Assembly (NCBI GenBank): GCA_951406725.2
Contig: OX597824.1
Location: 6,758,001-6,822,000, forward strand
Origin: Octopus vulgaris
Lineage: Eukaryota
DNA length: 64,000 bases
Direction of reading: 5' to 3'
How positions within the stretch are numbered: the first letter of the stretch is position 1; every line of letters begins with the position of its first letter. A model generated the notes under the pieces. That model worked only from the letters and a program-made list of their open reading frames with translations, was not told the origin of the DNA and did not search any database. The translations under genes and the position numbers were made by a program. This document shows, in pieces, positions 40,122-54,719 of the stretch.

Positions 40122-40696
40122 CACAAGAATGCACATACATACACATATACACACATACAAACAAGCACACATATATATATACACCTACGCACCTACTCAC
40201 ACATATATACACACATACATACATTCATATATGCACATTCTTGTATTCCTTTGTTCTTTTATTTGTTTCAGTCATTTGACTGAGGCCATGCTGGAGCACC
40301 ACCTTTATAGTCGAGCAAATTGACCCCAGGACTTATTCTTTGTAAGCCTAGTATTTATTCTATCGGACTCTTTTCCCAAACCACTAAGTTACGGGACATA
40401 AATACACCAGCATCAGCTGTCAAGTGATGTTTGGGATACAAACACAGACACATAAACATACACACACATAAACACACACATATATATATACGACAGGCTT
40501 CTTTCAGTTTCTGTCTGCCAAATCCACACACAAGGCTTTGGTCGGCCTGAGGCTATAGTCCTATTCTTCTGGACTGCCACTAAGGCGATGCAGGAAAAGA
40601 TCATACTCGAATGGTGCTTTTTATGTGCCACCAGCACGGAAGCCAGTTTTTTTGCTCTGGCAACAATCACATTCATATGGTAATATATATATATAC

Positions 40697-40736
<40 letters not shown>

Positions 40737-41559
40737 TGTTTGTTTTGTACACCACCTGTCTTCATATTTTTTTTTTGTAAACTCTCCCTGTATGTATATA
40801 TATATATATATATAAAGTAGAAGGAAGAGGAGCAAAAAAGTTGTATCATTACCTGTGGGATTTGAACACTGTGCTTACTGCAAGCTATATAGCTGACCTA
40901 ACCACTGTACCACTATGCTGTATAGTGAATAGTTTTTGTAACTTCTGACTTGGAAACAAGGCAATATATGATGATAATTAATCATAATTAAATTCGTAGT
41001 AAACGAATGTACAAAATCTTACTCAGTGAGCGATCAATTCTAAACTTTCAGTTGCCATTATTATTGAGAGAAAAAAAAAACCAACAAAAATTGAATTTAC
41101 CAAGAACTGAGGCTTTTGAGATAAATTATTGTCTTTCTGTTCTGTTGACTTCCATTTTCAATGAATCCAACTCCCCGGTGACGTGATACCAGTTGATGAA
41201 TTAAACCACTTTTTTGGGAAAGACTACAGTTATGATAATTAACGATGAGTGCCAAAGCTAGAATTGACAGTTCTTAATCATTTCTTAATTGTTGTTGGAA
41301 GAAACTGTTGAAAAAATATCATTGTTTTATCACCGAAGTGGCTGCAAGTATTATACAACGATAGAAACAGACAAATGTTAATGAGTAAAATGTCTGTCCC
41401 TGGGGAAGAACTAAAACTAAACAGTGACCATCACTCAAGACTGAGTATGAGTTGGCAGTTTATAGCAAGCTTTCATTAATTGTGAAATATGCTGTTGCTG
41501 TTGAGTGAAGCGGTCTTCGTCCCAGAGCTTGCAGTGGGAGAAGTCCGAATCATGGTCCC

Positions 41560-41865
41560 TTGCTATTTGTAAGACCTGCAGAAGAGAAAACAGGTCAACC
41601 CCCGACACCGAGAGCATCGACGGATGGATGAATGCGCATCTAGGCTCAGCAGTTGCATAGGAAGTTGGGGACAAGAAACAGGAAGAAAGAGTGAGAGAAA
41701 GTTGGAGCGAAAGAGTACAACAGGGGTTGCCACCACCCCCTGCCGGAGCCTCATGGAGCTTTAGGTGTTTTCGCTCAATAAACACACACAACGCCCGGTC
41801 TGGGAATCAAAACTGCGATCCTCTGACTGCGAGTCCGCTGCCCTAACCACAGGGCCATTGCATCT
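41560..41865 (-). mobile_element. tRNA-derived SINE family D
   Basis: Minus-strand head TGGCCCTGTGGTTAGGGCAGCGGACTCGC...; related to 53063-53371. Confidence 0.7.
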
Positions 41866-43174
41866 CTACTGTGAAATATGCTCAGCTTCTTGTACCTCGA
41901 GAGCTTTTGCTCATTGCTACCATGTTTATCTTCTTTCCAGCTGTTCCCATCCTTATATATGTGGAGTAGCTATGCATCCCCTCTATAGCAAGACACCTGT
42001 TTTTGTCCCTTGATCATACTTTAGCCCCCTCAACACCTGGTATAAAGTTAATTCCTCATCTCAAATACTCCCAACACCTCACACCTGATCAGTGGGGTTT
42101 TATCTTTTCTTTTATTGATCGTCCCCACATTTTTTTTTTCCACAATCCCTTTTGATTGGAATTCAACCCCCTTTTTTTTTCCTTCTCTTCTTCCCAAAAA
42201 CAAAAGCTCTACTTTGTATTTTGTCCCTCCTGTGTTCAGCCCTGCGTGACCAATAAAGAAATCTATCTGTTCTTTATTGTTTTGTAAGTTGCTTAGTGAC
42301 CCCCACTAGTGCCAGTGACATGGAGAAAAGTCACCCAGCACACACTATAAAGCACTTGACATAAGGAAGGGAAGCCAGCAGTGGAAACTATGCTGAAGCT
42401 GACATTGGAAACCTTGCCAAAGCTGACACAGATCTGCAGCTGATTAGATCTGGTCAAACCATCCGACCCATGCCAGCATGTATGAGGGGAGTCAAACACC
42501 ACCACCGATGATGATGACAATGATTAGTGGCAGGCATGGATGCTGTCTTTCACTCAGTGCAATGTCAAGGAGTCAAGGATGTAAAGACTGGAGGGAGAGA
42601 GAGGACTGCACCAGCACTGAGTCAGACCTTTATTTATGATTTCAGTAAGGAGGAACAGAGAAGTTGACTTTCGCAGGATTAGAACTCAGTGCACAGCAGG
42701 TCACAAAATACATTGTAAAGCATTCTCTCTGAAGCTTTAATGATTGTGCCAACCAACAAGCTGGATGAGATGAAATATACCCAGAAATATAGTGTTATCT
42801 CCTAATGATAACTCTACTGTATTACTGTTTAGTATTAGTTTTCAAAACTAATCAGAAGTGAGTCACTTCTGGTTTGTATCTGGGATCGAGGTTGTTTTAT
42901 ATCTCAGAAAACCTGCTGTCATCCCTGAATGTTGCCCTCCTTTGCTTATTTCCAATTTCTGCCGACGTGGCTTTGTACCAGTGTGACTGATTTGCTGCTC
43001 TTTCTATGAACCGACAAAGTTTTTGTAAGGTAATTTAAATATATCGAGTTGTTTTCCTTACATTAACCTGAGATATATAATGATGTGTAGATAATTGTAT
43101 ATCCATGGGTGAACATGTGTGTCAGTCATAATAAACATGTTGAATGTATTTTGTAATCAAACCTTGTTACAAGA

Positions 43175-43428
43175 AAGTTGTGGTATGTCGTCAACTTAAT
43201 GTGACAGTCTCATAAAAGGGAAGAATGCCACTGTTACTTAGCCCTAGGAAACACCATTTCCTGTTGGACTTGACATATTTCCTGTGTCCTTACGTTTTCA
43301 AAGTGGAGATAAGTACACAGAAAATGTGTCAAGTCCAACAGGAAACGGTGTTTCCTAGGGTTAAATAACAGTAGCATTCTTCCCTTTCATGGGACTGTCT
43401 CATTAAGTTGACAACATCCTATCACTTT
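43175..43428. mobile_element. Fold-back element (about 115-bp arms), distant relative of the 11437 family
   Basis: GTCAACTTAATG...TTAGCCCTAGGAAACACC...CTGTGTCCTTA and TAAGTACACAG...GGTGTTTCCTAGGGTTAA...CATTAAGTTGAC. Confidence 0.75.
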
Positions 43429-43932
43429 ATCATGTTGCTACTGTCAAAATCTCTCTGAGAGATTCAGAAATATATTATTTCTATTTTCAAGAAAGTTGTA
43501 TATCAGAAAGTCAAATATCAGTAAAACCCACTTCAAAGAATTTTTGTATTTAAGTTTGTCTTATTTTATATTTTTCTTATTTTGTAGTCTACCGTACACT
43601 TGCCATACATTTGTATATACACGTGGTACACCTACACGATGTTACGTACGAGTAGAAAATATTTGGCTCCAAAAAAATTTAAACCGTTGTTCGTCTTTGT
43701 TATCACTGTGGTGATTGTGACCCCACTTGCTTAGATTTCTACATGAAGCAGCAACATAGAGACTGGCGCTAAGCTCAGGCTCCAATCAATACTGAAGAAA
43801 AAGAATATAACATTACTCAAAGACTACTTAAGGAACCAAGAGATTCTTCAGCAGGATCAAGATTTTAAATGAGAGAAGCTGAATGGGGGAAAAAAAAGAC
43901 CTTGAAAACAAATGCACATGTGTGTGTGTATG

Positions 43933-44012
<80 letters not shown>

Positions 44013-44709
44013 TATGTGTGTGTGTTTGTGTGTGTGTATGTCTTTGTGTGTTTGTGTGTGTGTTGTAGAAGAAGTGAAGAATCCTCAGGGAATTTTGTGC
44101 TCTGTAAATAGTATAAATAATAGATGCAAATAATAAATGGAGGAATAACTGAGGAATTAGGCAGAAATGTAGAAAGTGAGTTTTGCAGCAGCAAGAATCA
44201 GAATACTTGACGAAGTTAGCAGAGATAAGCTGAAGAAGACCAAGGACTGCTTATATTGTTTGCTAGAAATAATGGATGAATTGCGTTGTTACAGGAGATG
44301 CTGTAAGCAGCACTATGGAGAAAGATTGTGCAACAGGAGAGAATGACAAGCAGGAGGAAGTGAAAGCAACAATGGAAATAGTAAGAGAGAGAGGGAGAGA
44401 AAGAGGGAGAGGGGGAGAGAGGGAGAGGGAGGGAGAGAGGGAGAGGGAGGGAGAGGGAGAAAGAGGGAGAGGGAGAGAGAGAGGGAGGTAGGGAGAGAGA
44501 TAGAGGGAGAGATAGAGATAGTAAGAGATAGAGGGAGGGGAGAGAGAGAGAGAGAGAAGGGTGTTCCAGTATAGTCGACTTCACATATGAAACAAAGCAA
44601 GAATGAAATGCCGTGAGAGATGCTGCATTTCAAAGGATTCCTAACACAAGCTAATATGGGAAAACTACGTTTAAAACCCATCTGAAGGAGTAACCATTGC
44701 TTCTGCTGG

Positions 44710-44758
<49 letters not shown>

Positions 44759-45267
44759 AATAATAATAATAATAATAATAACAATAATAATAATAATAAT
44801 AGTAATAATAATAATAATAATGGTGACAAAGAGGGGGATGAAGATGATGGAGATGAGTTAAAAATCATCAAATCTAATTACAAAAACGCTTTATTCATGC
44901 GCTGTGGAAATGGTTGCAACTTTTAATGCATCAGAGAATTATTTTCCTTGCAACTATTATTATTATTAAGGTGAGAAGCTGGCAGACTCATTCATTTGCA
45001 GGTTGGACTGAAAGCTTAGCAGCATTTCTTTTCACTTTATGTCGTCAGTTCAAATTCCACCGAGGTGGACTTTGCCTTTCCTTCTTCTTATTATTATACC
45101 CATTATTATAGAAACTGATAAAATAATAAGAAGACCAAAATAGTCACTGGAAAAAGATTGGGAGTGATTTAAGTAACTGAACACTTGCAGGTGATGCTCC
45201 AGCATGGCCATAATTTGATGATTGATATCAACCAAAGAAGCAAATAAAAACATATATATATATATAT

Positions 45268-45430
45268 AGGTGCAGGAGTGGCTGTGTGGTAAATAGCTTG
45301 CTTACCAACCACATGGCTCCAGGTTCAGTCCCACTGCATGGTACCTTGGGCAAGTATCTTCTGCTATAGCCTTGGGCCGACCAAAGCCTTGTGAGTGGAT
45401 TTGGTAGACAGAAACTGAAAGAAGCCTGTC

Positions 45431-45474
<44 letters not shown>

Positions 45475-45713
45475 GTATGTGTGTGTATATGTTTGTGTGT
45501 CTGTGTTTATCCCCACAGCATCACTTGACAACCGATGCTGGTGTGTTTACGTCCCCGTACCTTAGCAGTTCAGCAAAAGAGACCGATAGAATAAGTACTA
45601 GGCTTACAAAGAAAGAATAAGTCCTGGGGTCGATTTTCTCGACTAAAGGCGGTGCTCCAGCATGGCCACAGTCAAATGACTGGAACAAGTAAAAGAGAAA
45701 GAGAGAAAAGAGA
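45268..45713 (+). mobile_element. SINE family A
   Basis: Full-length copy. Confidence 0.85.
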
Positions 45714-46361
45714 AAATAAACAAATAGATGAATAAATCATCTCAACGTATGATTAACGAACCTAACTGATTAGTAAAACTGTATTCTTTGACGAAGACAC
45801 ATTGTAAATAGCCATTGGCTGACAAACGGAACTTATTTCAAAATGGAACGACAATTGGTTGTTAAGTGAAACAATGGCTTTCCGCATCACTGACACCAAT
45901 TAGCATCTAATCAGATGTGTTTAGAAGAAATTGACCGTTCTAATAGAGAAAAATGTATATTAAATTGATGAGGGAGGAAAGGTCATTACAATTTCAGACA
46001 GGAAAGTATAATAATGATGGCAGGGAATTAAGGAGGAGGAGGTACCTAAGAACTCCATCCTAATGACCCTTCTATGAATAGCAGGTGGAGGCGGCGAATG
46101 GATGGATGGATGGATGGATTTTGGCTGACGAAGTGTGATGGCATCTGCCAGGAGATGCCACAAAGATCATTAAGAATTCGTTTGGTAACCATGTTGTTTC
46201 TCAGTTCTAACGCATTGAGTGATGATTAAAGCAAAAGTCTCCTCCTGTAGTCTTAGGACAACTGACGTTTCATGGGTGGAACTGGTAGGTGGAAACTGTA
46301 TGGAAGCCTGTCACATGTACATTTTTATCTATGTAAAGACTTGTGTTTTTAGTAGAGAGCC

Positions 46362-46413
<52 letters not shown>

Positions 46414-46809
46414 CATTGTTATTATGATTATTATTAATTCTACTATATTATAGCATCATAATAGCCAAGTTACCAACTGGTTTCATGCCAGGGGGAGAAT
46501 CTACTTCAGCAATCATCAGAAATGACTGGAAGGAATAGAACAGCATGGGAACTTAGTCCTGGAGCCCTTTCAGGCCTCACTCATACACACACACATGCAC
46601 ACATACACACAAACTAGGTCTTATGACATCTGATGCTGTCCCCTTCTGTAGTCTTAGGACAACTGATGTTACATGAGTGAAACTGGTAGGTGGAAACTGT
46701 ATGGAAGCCTATCACATGTGGGTGTGTATCTATGTAAAACCTTGTGTTTTTAACAGACAGGCTTATTATTATTATTATTATCATGCACATACACACATTG
46801 TGTCTCTTT

Positions 46810-46948
46810 TTACATTATTCACATTTAATGGATATTTGTCCTCATCTTGTTTATTGTTAACACGTTTCAGCTGATATACCCTCCAGCCTTCACCAGGTGT
46901 CTTGGGGAAATTTCGAACCTGAGCTCTCATTCCTAAGGTATTTTCCAA

Positions 46949-46992
<44 letters not shown>

Positions 46993-47085
46993 GTATTAGT
47001 ATTATTATTCAGGTCAGTGCCTAGAACTGAACTTGGAATCTTGGGGTTAGTAGCCCGCACTCTTAACCACTATGCCATATGCCCG
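46810..47085 (-). mobile_element. HHR-tailed SINE-like element, copy 4 (HHR variant 46859-46901)
   Basis: Head GGGCATATGGCATAGTGGTTAAGAG, then (AAT)n, then GACAC-CTGGTGA-A-GGCTG..CAGCT-GAAAC-GTGTT. Confidence 0.75.
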
Positions 47086-47944
47086 TGTATTGTGTATCTT
47101 TGCCTGCAACTGTATGAGAAAACTGGTGTTGTCTTGTAGTAGACATTGCCTGCTAATAAATCAGCCGGTAGCTCTGCACTTTCAACAAGTGGGAAAGTAG
47201 AATAAAGATCCATAACTCAAAAAAACCCCATTAGGGGTTAGTGAAAAGAGAGATTGTATACGTGATAGGGTCAATGAGGCAAGCATGCTTTTAGGCTGTG
47301 AAATGACGAAGATAAACTGCATATAAGGAGAAGCAGATGTGGCTTGCCCTTGGAGATGTCAGTCTGGGTATGGACATGTGATGCATAATGTTGGGTATAG
47401 TGCCAATCATTGCAAATGGGTGGAAGGTGTAGAGAAGAGAGAAAATGAAAAGGCAAGGGAATAAGTGGTGAAGATGGTTTTCAAGAGGTTGAATTTGATG
47501 AAGGGGAGGACAAATTACTGCAACAACCTGTGCTGGAGGAAACCCACTTTGCGAGCTTGAAGATGGACACTTGAAAACGTATTTATGATAAAGCTCCTTC
47601 TAAAGCACCAACAATTTTTTGTCAGCATCCTATCGCTGCCACCCACCATGTTGATAACCTCTCATCAATCACAAGACAAAATGTAGTAATTCGGAATAAG
47701 AACTCACTTAGACACTAAGGAGCCATCTAACCCACACTGGTTTGGATAATTGGACATTAAAAAAAAGATAATGTGATGATGATGATTAAACACAAACCTG
47801 GCATGAAACTTATTTCTCCGTTTGATCTACTTGGAATTATTTTTAGCTGAGCAGGACGTCACTAGTTTTCTTAGAGTTGAAGTTTACCATTTATATTATA
47901 CACGCATGTTTGGGTGGGTATCTGTGTGTTTATATCTATCTATC

Positions 47945-47988
<44 letters not shown>

Positions 47989-48702
47989 CATACAGAAAAA
48001 CACACACACATACACATAGACACACAAAACACATATACGCATACACTATACATGCATAAATACATACAGAAAACGAATGCCATTTCCAATTTAACAAGAC
48101 AAACATACATCTTACATTGATACACTTGATCTTACTATTGTTCTCATAAACATCCACCCAAACCCCACCCCCTACCTCCAACTAAAACAAAAATACAAAA
48201 AGACTAAAAAAATTAAAATCTTCAATAGATTTTCCAAAAAGAAATGAGCTTTTTTTAAAATATTTTATAAAATGGGAAAAAACAAAAATTTTTTCTTAAA
48301 TACATTACTTATTATTATTATTTTTTTATTTTTTTTTTTTGTAAAAGTTTTCAAAAGAAAATTAAGAAAAATTCCTGTTTGAAACTAAACAATAATAAAC
48401 CAAAAGAAAAAAAATAAGGTAGAGTTCCAGAGTTTTCAGCACTGTGATACAATGATCAGAAAATAAATATTAATTGGATTTTTCCTTCTTTTCACTTTTT
48501 TTATAGCAAGGAATGTTAAAGATTAAGGTTGGAGTAAAAGAATAACAAGAGAAGACAAAGTTTCTTTCCTGTTCAGCTTCTTTCTTCAGGTAAACGGTAA
48601 CTGGAACAGAAGGTTTACTTAAGTAGATACTGCAAACCATAGAATATTTTGCTTTTGGATTTGGTGTGCAAGATTCTTGATGTGAGTTCGTGTATTGAAG
48701 CA

Positions 48703-48890
48703 TATTCTGTTGTGTCTGGGGAAAGTCATTCTCTTTTAGTTCCTTATAATTTAACACACTCACCAGTAAAATTTCCACTCATTTACTTGTTTAGATTTCT
48801 AAAATTTACATGGAGTTTTCCATCTTTTCAATAGTTGTTAAATTATAGGATACTAAAAGAGAATGACTCTCCCCCAGACACAACAGCATA
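48703..48890. repeat. Inverted repeat (about 50-bp arms, 80-bp spacer), MITE-like
   Basis: CTGTTGTGTCTGGGGAAAGTCATTCTCTTTTAGT..TATAATTTAACA and TGTTAAATTATA..ACTAAAAGAGAATGACTCTCCCCCAGACACAACAG. Confidence 0.75.
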
Positions 48891-49039
48891 GAATATTTGA
48901 TTCATGAAAGTATTTTGTAATTAAAAAAGGTGTTACGCATTGGAATTGAAGCTAGAACCATGTGGTTGGGAAGCTAACTGCTTGCCAAAGAGTCCTACAT
49001 GTGCCTACGTATAAAGTAAATCATTTTTAATAACGACAT

Positions 49040-49175
49040 AGGTGCAGGAGTGGCTGTGTGGTAAGTAGCTTGCTTAGCAGCTACATGGTTCCGGGTTCAG
49101 TCCCACTGAACTATGGCCTAGGGCTGACCAGAGCTTTGTCAGTGGATTTGGTAGAGGGGAAACTGAAAGAAGCCT

Positions 49176-49216
<41 letters not shown>

Positions 49217-49380
49217 CAGACTTAGGAGTGGCTGTGTGGTAAGTAGCTTGCTTATGAACCACATGGTTCTGGGTTCAGTCCCACTGTGTGGCACCTTGGG
49301 TAAATGTCTTCTACTATAGCCTCGGGCCAGCCAAAGCCTTGTGAATGGGTTTGGTAGACAGAAACTGAAAGAAGCCGATC

Positions 49381-49428
<48 letters not shown>

Positions 49429-49608
49429 GTGTGTCTGTGTTTTCCTCCCTCCCACATCGCTTGACAGTCAATGCTGGTGTGTTTACATCCCCGTAACTTA
49501 GCAGTTCTTCAAAAGAGACCAATAGAATAAGTCCTGGGGTCGATTTGCTCGACTAAAGGCAGTACTCCAGCATGGCCACAGTCAAATGACTGAAACAAGT
49601 AAAAGAGT
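49040..49608 (+). mobile_element. Tandem SINE family A (deleted copy plus full copy)
   Basis: Two heads, at 49040 and about 49224. Confidence 0.8.
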
Positions 49609-50684
49609 ATGTATATATATATATATATATATATACATTCTTTTACTTGTTTACACTCTTTTACTTGTTTTAGTTAGCAGCCAGTCATATGTGAATATAT
49701 CTATATCTTTCTTTGTATGAATTTATCTATCTGTGTGTGTGTGTCTGTGTGTCCGTCCTCTGGAGAAAAACAAAGGAAAACACAAAGCATTGCTATTAAC
49801 AGAATCAATCCATTTAAACGTGATTGAGACATGCCTTTAGAATGACTTTTAATCAGAGACATGGAAAACAATTATATCTAATCAGTAATTTATGTAAACC
49901 GTTACTAATATTAATGTTTTAAATATGAGATCAATAAAATTTGAATTGTCTTTAACCAGATAAAAATACATGCCACGATAAACACAATATGGATGTTATT
50001 ACTTAATTGCTAAATGCTCTCGTTACAAAGCCATACAAAGCATAATATTTTAATTGTAGAAAAAGTAGTTTTATTTAGATTAAATTTGATTCTTGCTCAG
50101 TGTCAACATCTCTCTCTCTCTCTCTTTCTCCCCCCCTCTCTCTGTAGTAAGGACATGACGATATCTGGCAGGTTTTAATTTCAGTAATCATTCATAAGTA
50201 AAGCTAGTCAATTAATGTAATTATTGTTAATTGTAATCGCATTTCCAACTTTAGCAAGTTGCCAATATGAAACTTAAGTGACAACAATGTTTGACACTAT
50301 GTACGATACAGAAAATTATGATTTTTATGTTGATTACAGCAAAGTGAAGGCATGTGGTGCAGTGGTTAGAGTTCCAGGTTCACAATCATGAGGTACCGGG
50401 CTCAATTCCCAGACCAGGTCTGTGTTTTATGTTCTTGAAGAAGACACTTCATTTCACATTGTTCCAATTCACTAAGCTGAAGAAATGAGTCGCAACGTCA
50501 CTGGTGCCAAGCTGTATCATCACTGGTGCCCAGTATAGTTAGTAAATTGGTTAATAATAGGTCAGGCCTTCATGCCAAATGGCAAGTATGAACCCAAAGC
50601 TATGAGGGCCGAAACGCTTAGTAAGAAATTGCTGAAATTCTGACAACCCAATCCAAATATGGAACGTGGGCATAAAATGATAGT

Positions 50685-50947
50685 CATCATCATCATCATC
50701 ATCATCGTTTAACGTCTGCTTTCCATGCTAGCATGGGTTGGACTGTTCAACTGGGGTCTGGGAAGCCCGAAGGCTGCACCAGGCTCCAGTCTTGATCTGG
50801 CAGAGTTTCTACAGCTGGATGCCCTTCCTAATGCCAACCACTCCGTGAGTGTAGTGGATGCTTTTTATGTGCCACCGACACAGGTGCCAGACGAGGCTGG
50901 CGAACGGCCACACTCGGATGGTGTTTTTTACGTGCCATCAGCATGGC
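50685..50947 (-). mobile_element. Family C RTE 3' tail
   Basis: (CAT)n followed by CGTTTAACGTC...GGATGCCCTTCCTAA. Confidence 0.7.
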
Positions 50948-50963
50948 AGAAGATCCATCACAA

Positions 50964-51178
50964 TAAGGTGGCAAGCTAGCAGAATCGTTAGCACGCCGGG
51001 CGAAATGCGTAGCCATATTTCGTCTGCCGTTACGTTCTGAGTTCAAATTCCGCCGAGGTCAACTTTGACATGCATCCTTTCGGGGGTCGATAAATTAAGT
51101 ACCAGTTACGCACTGGGGTCAATGTCTGTCCTTGTTTGTCGCCTCTATGTTTAGCCCCTTGTGGGCAATAAAGAAATA
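50964..51178 (+). mobile_element. SINE family B monomer with perfect 16-bp TSD
   Basis: AGAAGATCCATCACAA at 50948-50963 and 51179-51194. Confidence 0.88.
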
Positions 51179-51897
51179 AGAAGATCCATCACAAATACAT
51201 GGTCTCAGAAATTTACAGAAAATTATTCATTGGCATCGTCACACCATTAACAACCATGGTCTTTGGATTTGCTTGGGCTTCATTCCAAGGAATATCTTCA
51301 GTTCATTCTTCTCCAAGACTTCCCTTAACTGTAGCCAATTAAGACTCAGAGAGAAAAACAGAACTTTGGGTTTTTTTTTCTTTTTTTTTCCTTTCCTTTT
51401 TATTTTTGTTTTTCATGTGAAATGTGCCATATAATTTACCATTTCCTTTGTGTATATATTTTCTTTTACCAATTTTAAAAGGTTTTGTTTTTATGTTAGT
51501 TATTTTTATGCATTTACTGATAAAGGAATCACCATAATTTATATTTTACTCGATTCAGTTTGTTATCACAAAATTGCAATTTAGCCAAAATGACCGAAAA
51601 TGAAATGTAAATGAAGAACACGCATTCAAGGAATATATTCAAGAACAAGATTTGTAACCAAATACTAGATGTAGAGGTGAGCTTAATTTCTTTTTTTCTT
51701 TTCCTTTTTTTCACAGATAGAAAGAGACCAGCGGAAACTGGTTTACTTCTTGCTATCAGCAAGGTATACATTTCACCTGTTGTCATCAATTTACCTTAAG
51801 AAGGATTATTATGAATATTCAATAGTGACATGGTTTGATAAAAGTACGCTGTAGAATTCTGGAAATAGACTGATAAATTTCCTTTGCTTTATCTTTT

Positions 51898-52316
51898 ACT
51901 AGCAGCTAAGTCCGGTTTCACCTGGTCTGTTTGGATGATGTGACTACAATCGTTTTCGATTAGGCATAATCTATAATAGCATCTCTCAACCTTATCATTT
52001 CGGGTCCCCTGTTTCGATTGGAGCCTCCAGCTGTATGAAAATTTCCTGATTCCCCCTATCCTTGTCAGAAAACAGCTTCATGAGTTGTGAAGAACGAATT
52101 TGTACGTAGCCTGGGGAAATTCCATTAGAAAAGTTTTAATCGATTTTTTCGATAACTATGGGGGCTAGGAAAAAAATACAAACCGCATTCCAATCTATGC
52201 ACCCATCTCCACACGTGTGCCATTTTTCATGCGAATCCACCCAGCCGTTTGGCTGTGAACCTCAAGACAATAAAGAATACAACGATCGCCCATGTCCAAT
52301 TTATATTATAGATTAG
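51898..52316 (+). mobile_element. Probable Helitron/Helentron-type non-autonomous element (HINE/DINE-like)
   Basis: Starts ACTAGCAG..CCGG-TTTCA-CCTGG. Ends TTTCATGCGAATCCACCCAGCCGTTT...TTTATATTATAGAT. Pattern recognised from memory only. Confidence 0.45.
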
Positions 52317-53062
52317 CTGGAAGTTGCAAGATTCTTTAATCCTTGCTATCAACAGAACAGAATTAAAGAAAACTCCATCAAGAAATATTCACAACTTATT
52401 CAGGAATCGGCAAGAAGTATTGCTTTTGTCAAATCTCTGCAAATGCAAAGCTTTAGCACACAGTCTGAGACTATGTGGTACGTATTAAGCTCAGTTATCA
52501 TGCACGAGTGAAACCAAATAACAAACATAATCATAATTAAATGTAATCTCGTTTCAGACTTCGTTAACTCTATAAAGTATTTTACATTAATCATCTTTAA
52601 AGAATTAATGAAGACATAGATTGAAGATTTAGATGTTTTACCCTCTTTGATGATTCCTATTTGTTACACACACACACACACACAATTATCATCATCATCA
52701 TCATTTGACATCTGTTTTCCATGCTGGCATGGGTTGGATGGCTTAAAGGTAAAGTTACCTTCTCGACTCATAAGGGCAGGTTTCCCACTTTTATGATATG
52801 TATCTCCCACCACCCCTGGACGGGAGGCCCGTCTGTCACAGGGTTACTCACTTTTGCTAGGTGAGTGGACAGGAGCAACATGAATAAAAGTGTATTGCTC
52901 AAGAACACAACGCATCGCCCAGTCCAAGGATTGAAACCACAATTTTGCAATCATGAGTCTAATAACCTAACCACTAATCCATGTGCCTCCAATGTTGGAT
53001 GCCTGACAGGAACTGGGAAGACCAGGGGCCACTCCAGGTTCTATAGCCTGTTTTGGCTTGAT

Positions 53063-53371
53063 TTTGTTTGTTTGTTCCTTCTCGAACTATGCCCGGTTCA
53101 TAAGGGCTGGTTTACCGGTTTCCTTGGCATATAGGTTCCCCCACCTGGACGGGACGCCAGTCCGTCGCAGGTGAGCTGCAAGATGCAGGAGGAAAGGGTG
53201 AGAGAAAGTTGTGGCGAAAGAGTCAGCAGAAGTTCACTATTACCTTCTGTCGGAGCCACGTGGAGCTTAGGTGTTTCACTCATAAACACACACACATCGC
53301 CCAGTCTGAGATTTGAACCTGCGATCCCTCGACCGCGAGTCCGCTGCTCTAACCACTAGGCCATGTGCCTC
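53063..53371 (-). mobile_element. tRNA-derived SINE family D, nested in an older family C fragment
   Basis: Head TGGCCTAGTGGTTAGAGCAGCGG...GGTTCAAATCTC, motif CCTGCGACGGACTGGCGTCCCGTCCAGG, (CAAA)n tail and GCTTGATTT flanking repeat. Confidence 0.75.
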
Positions 53372-54334
53372 AACAGGCCATGTGCCTCCATGTGCTTGAT
53401 TTCTAAAGCTGGATGCCCTTCCTAACACCAAACACTTTACAGAGTGAACTAGGTGCTTTTTATGTGGAGCTTTTTAACCAATACCAGCCCCTGTGCTTTT
53501 AACATGGCACCAGCCCCTGTACATTTTATGTGGCACCAGTGCTAAAATTAACCTCGCCCCCACCACCTTCTACATGCAATGAAAACACAAGGTAGAAATC
53601 CAGGTGTTTCAAATTTCGAATCTGGGTTGTATGCAGTCCAGATTGATGAATGACAAACTAAATGTCACCTTAAGGAACCACTGTAATTTACATTCGGTAG
53701 AACACTGAAAATTTTAATGATGATAACACGGTAATTATAATACTCAGAGTTAGTAGTTTGTATCAGATAGAATCCATTTATTACCGGGATGAAATGGATC
53801 AATAACGTTTATCAGTCTTTAAGGCTAATAATCAATAGAATTTATGTGAAACGCATTGAGAGAAGAATTGTGAGCGACCGCCAGGGTCGCTTTTATGGAC
53901 ACATGTCAAAAGCATTCGAAAGGAACCAGGTTGAAGTATAAATTACAATACAGTTACGTTTCTAAATATCTCATTTTATTGATAATAAAGTATACATCAA
54001 TATGCTTTGATATAAAGAGTGTAAGAGAGAATTTACTGTATCTCAGGATTTAGGAATATAATGATGGATTATTATTATTATTATTATTAGTATTACTATT
54101 GGCATTGACACATCATCAAAAGACTCTGGTCCTTGGATTTGGTGATGCCATATTCATGGGAATAATGCCTGTTCATTCCGCTTCAGGTCTTCTTTCGGCT
54201 GTAGTTAAGATTCATAGGAAAGGACAGAGATTCTTTGCTTCTTTGTGTTTTTCAAGACCAGAATATCAAAATATTCTAAGTGAAAAATGTCAACTACCTC
54301 AGAAGACAATAATAACACACGTGTGTGTGTGTGT

Positions 54335-54391
<57 letters not shown>

Positions 54392-54684
54392 GCAGAGCTG
54401 TGTCTCTGCGGTTCAGAAATTTGCTTTCCAACGGTGTGGTTTTGGGTTCATTCCCAATGGATGGCAATCAGAGCAAGGGTCTTCTATTATAGCTCAGGGT
54501 TGACCAAAATAACCTTGTGAGTGGATTTGGTAGATGGGAACTAATACAAACCCACTATGTGTATGTGTGTGTGTGTGTTTTGTGCACAAACAGGAAAATA
54601 GAACTCAAAATATGTATATGTATGTATGTATGTATGTACATACATACATACATACATACATACATACATACATACATACATACA

Positions 54685-54719
<35 letters not shown>

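Noticed and set aside
51685-51780. Strong plus-strand polypyrimidine/AG acceptor followed by 47 nt and GT
   Set aside because: Weak donor, no recognisable peptide and no partner exons. Unsupported without RNA data.
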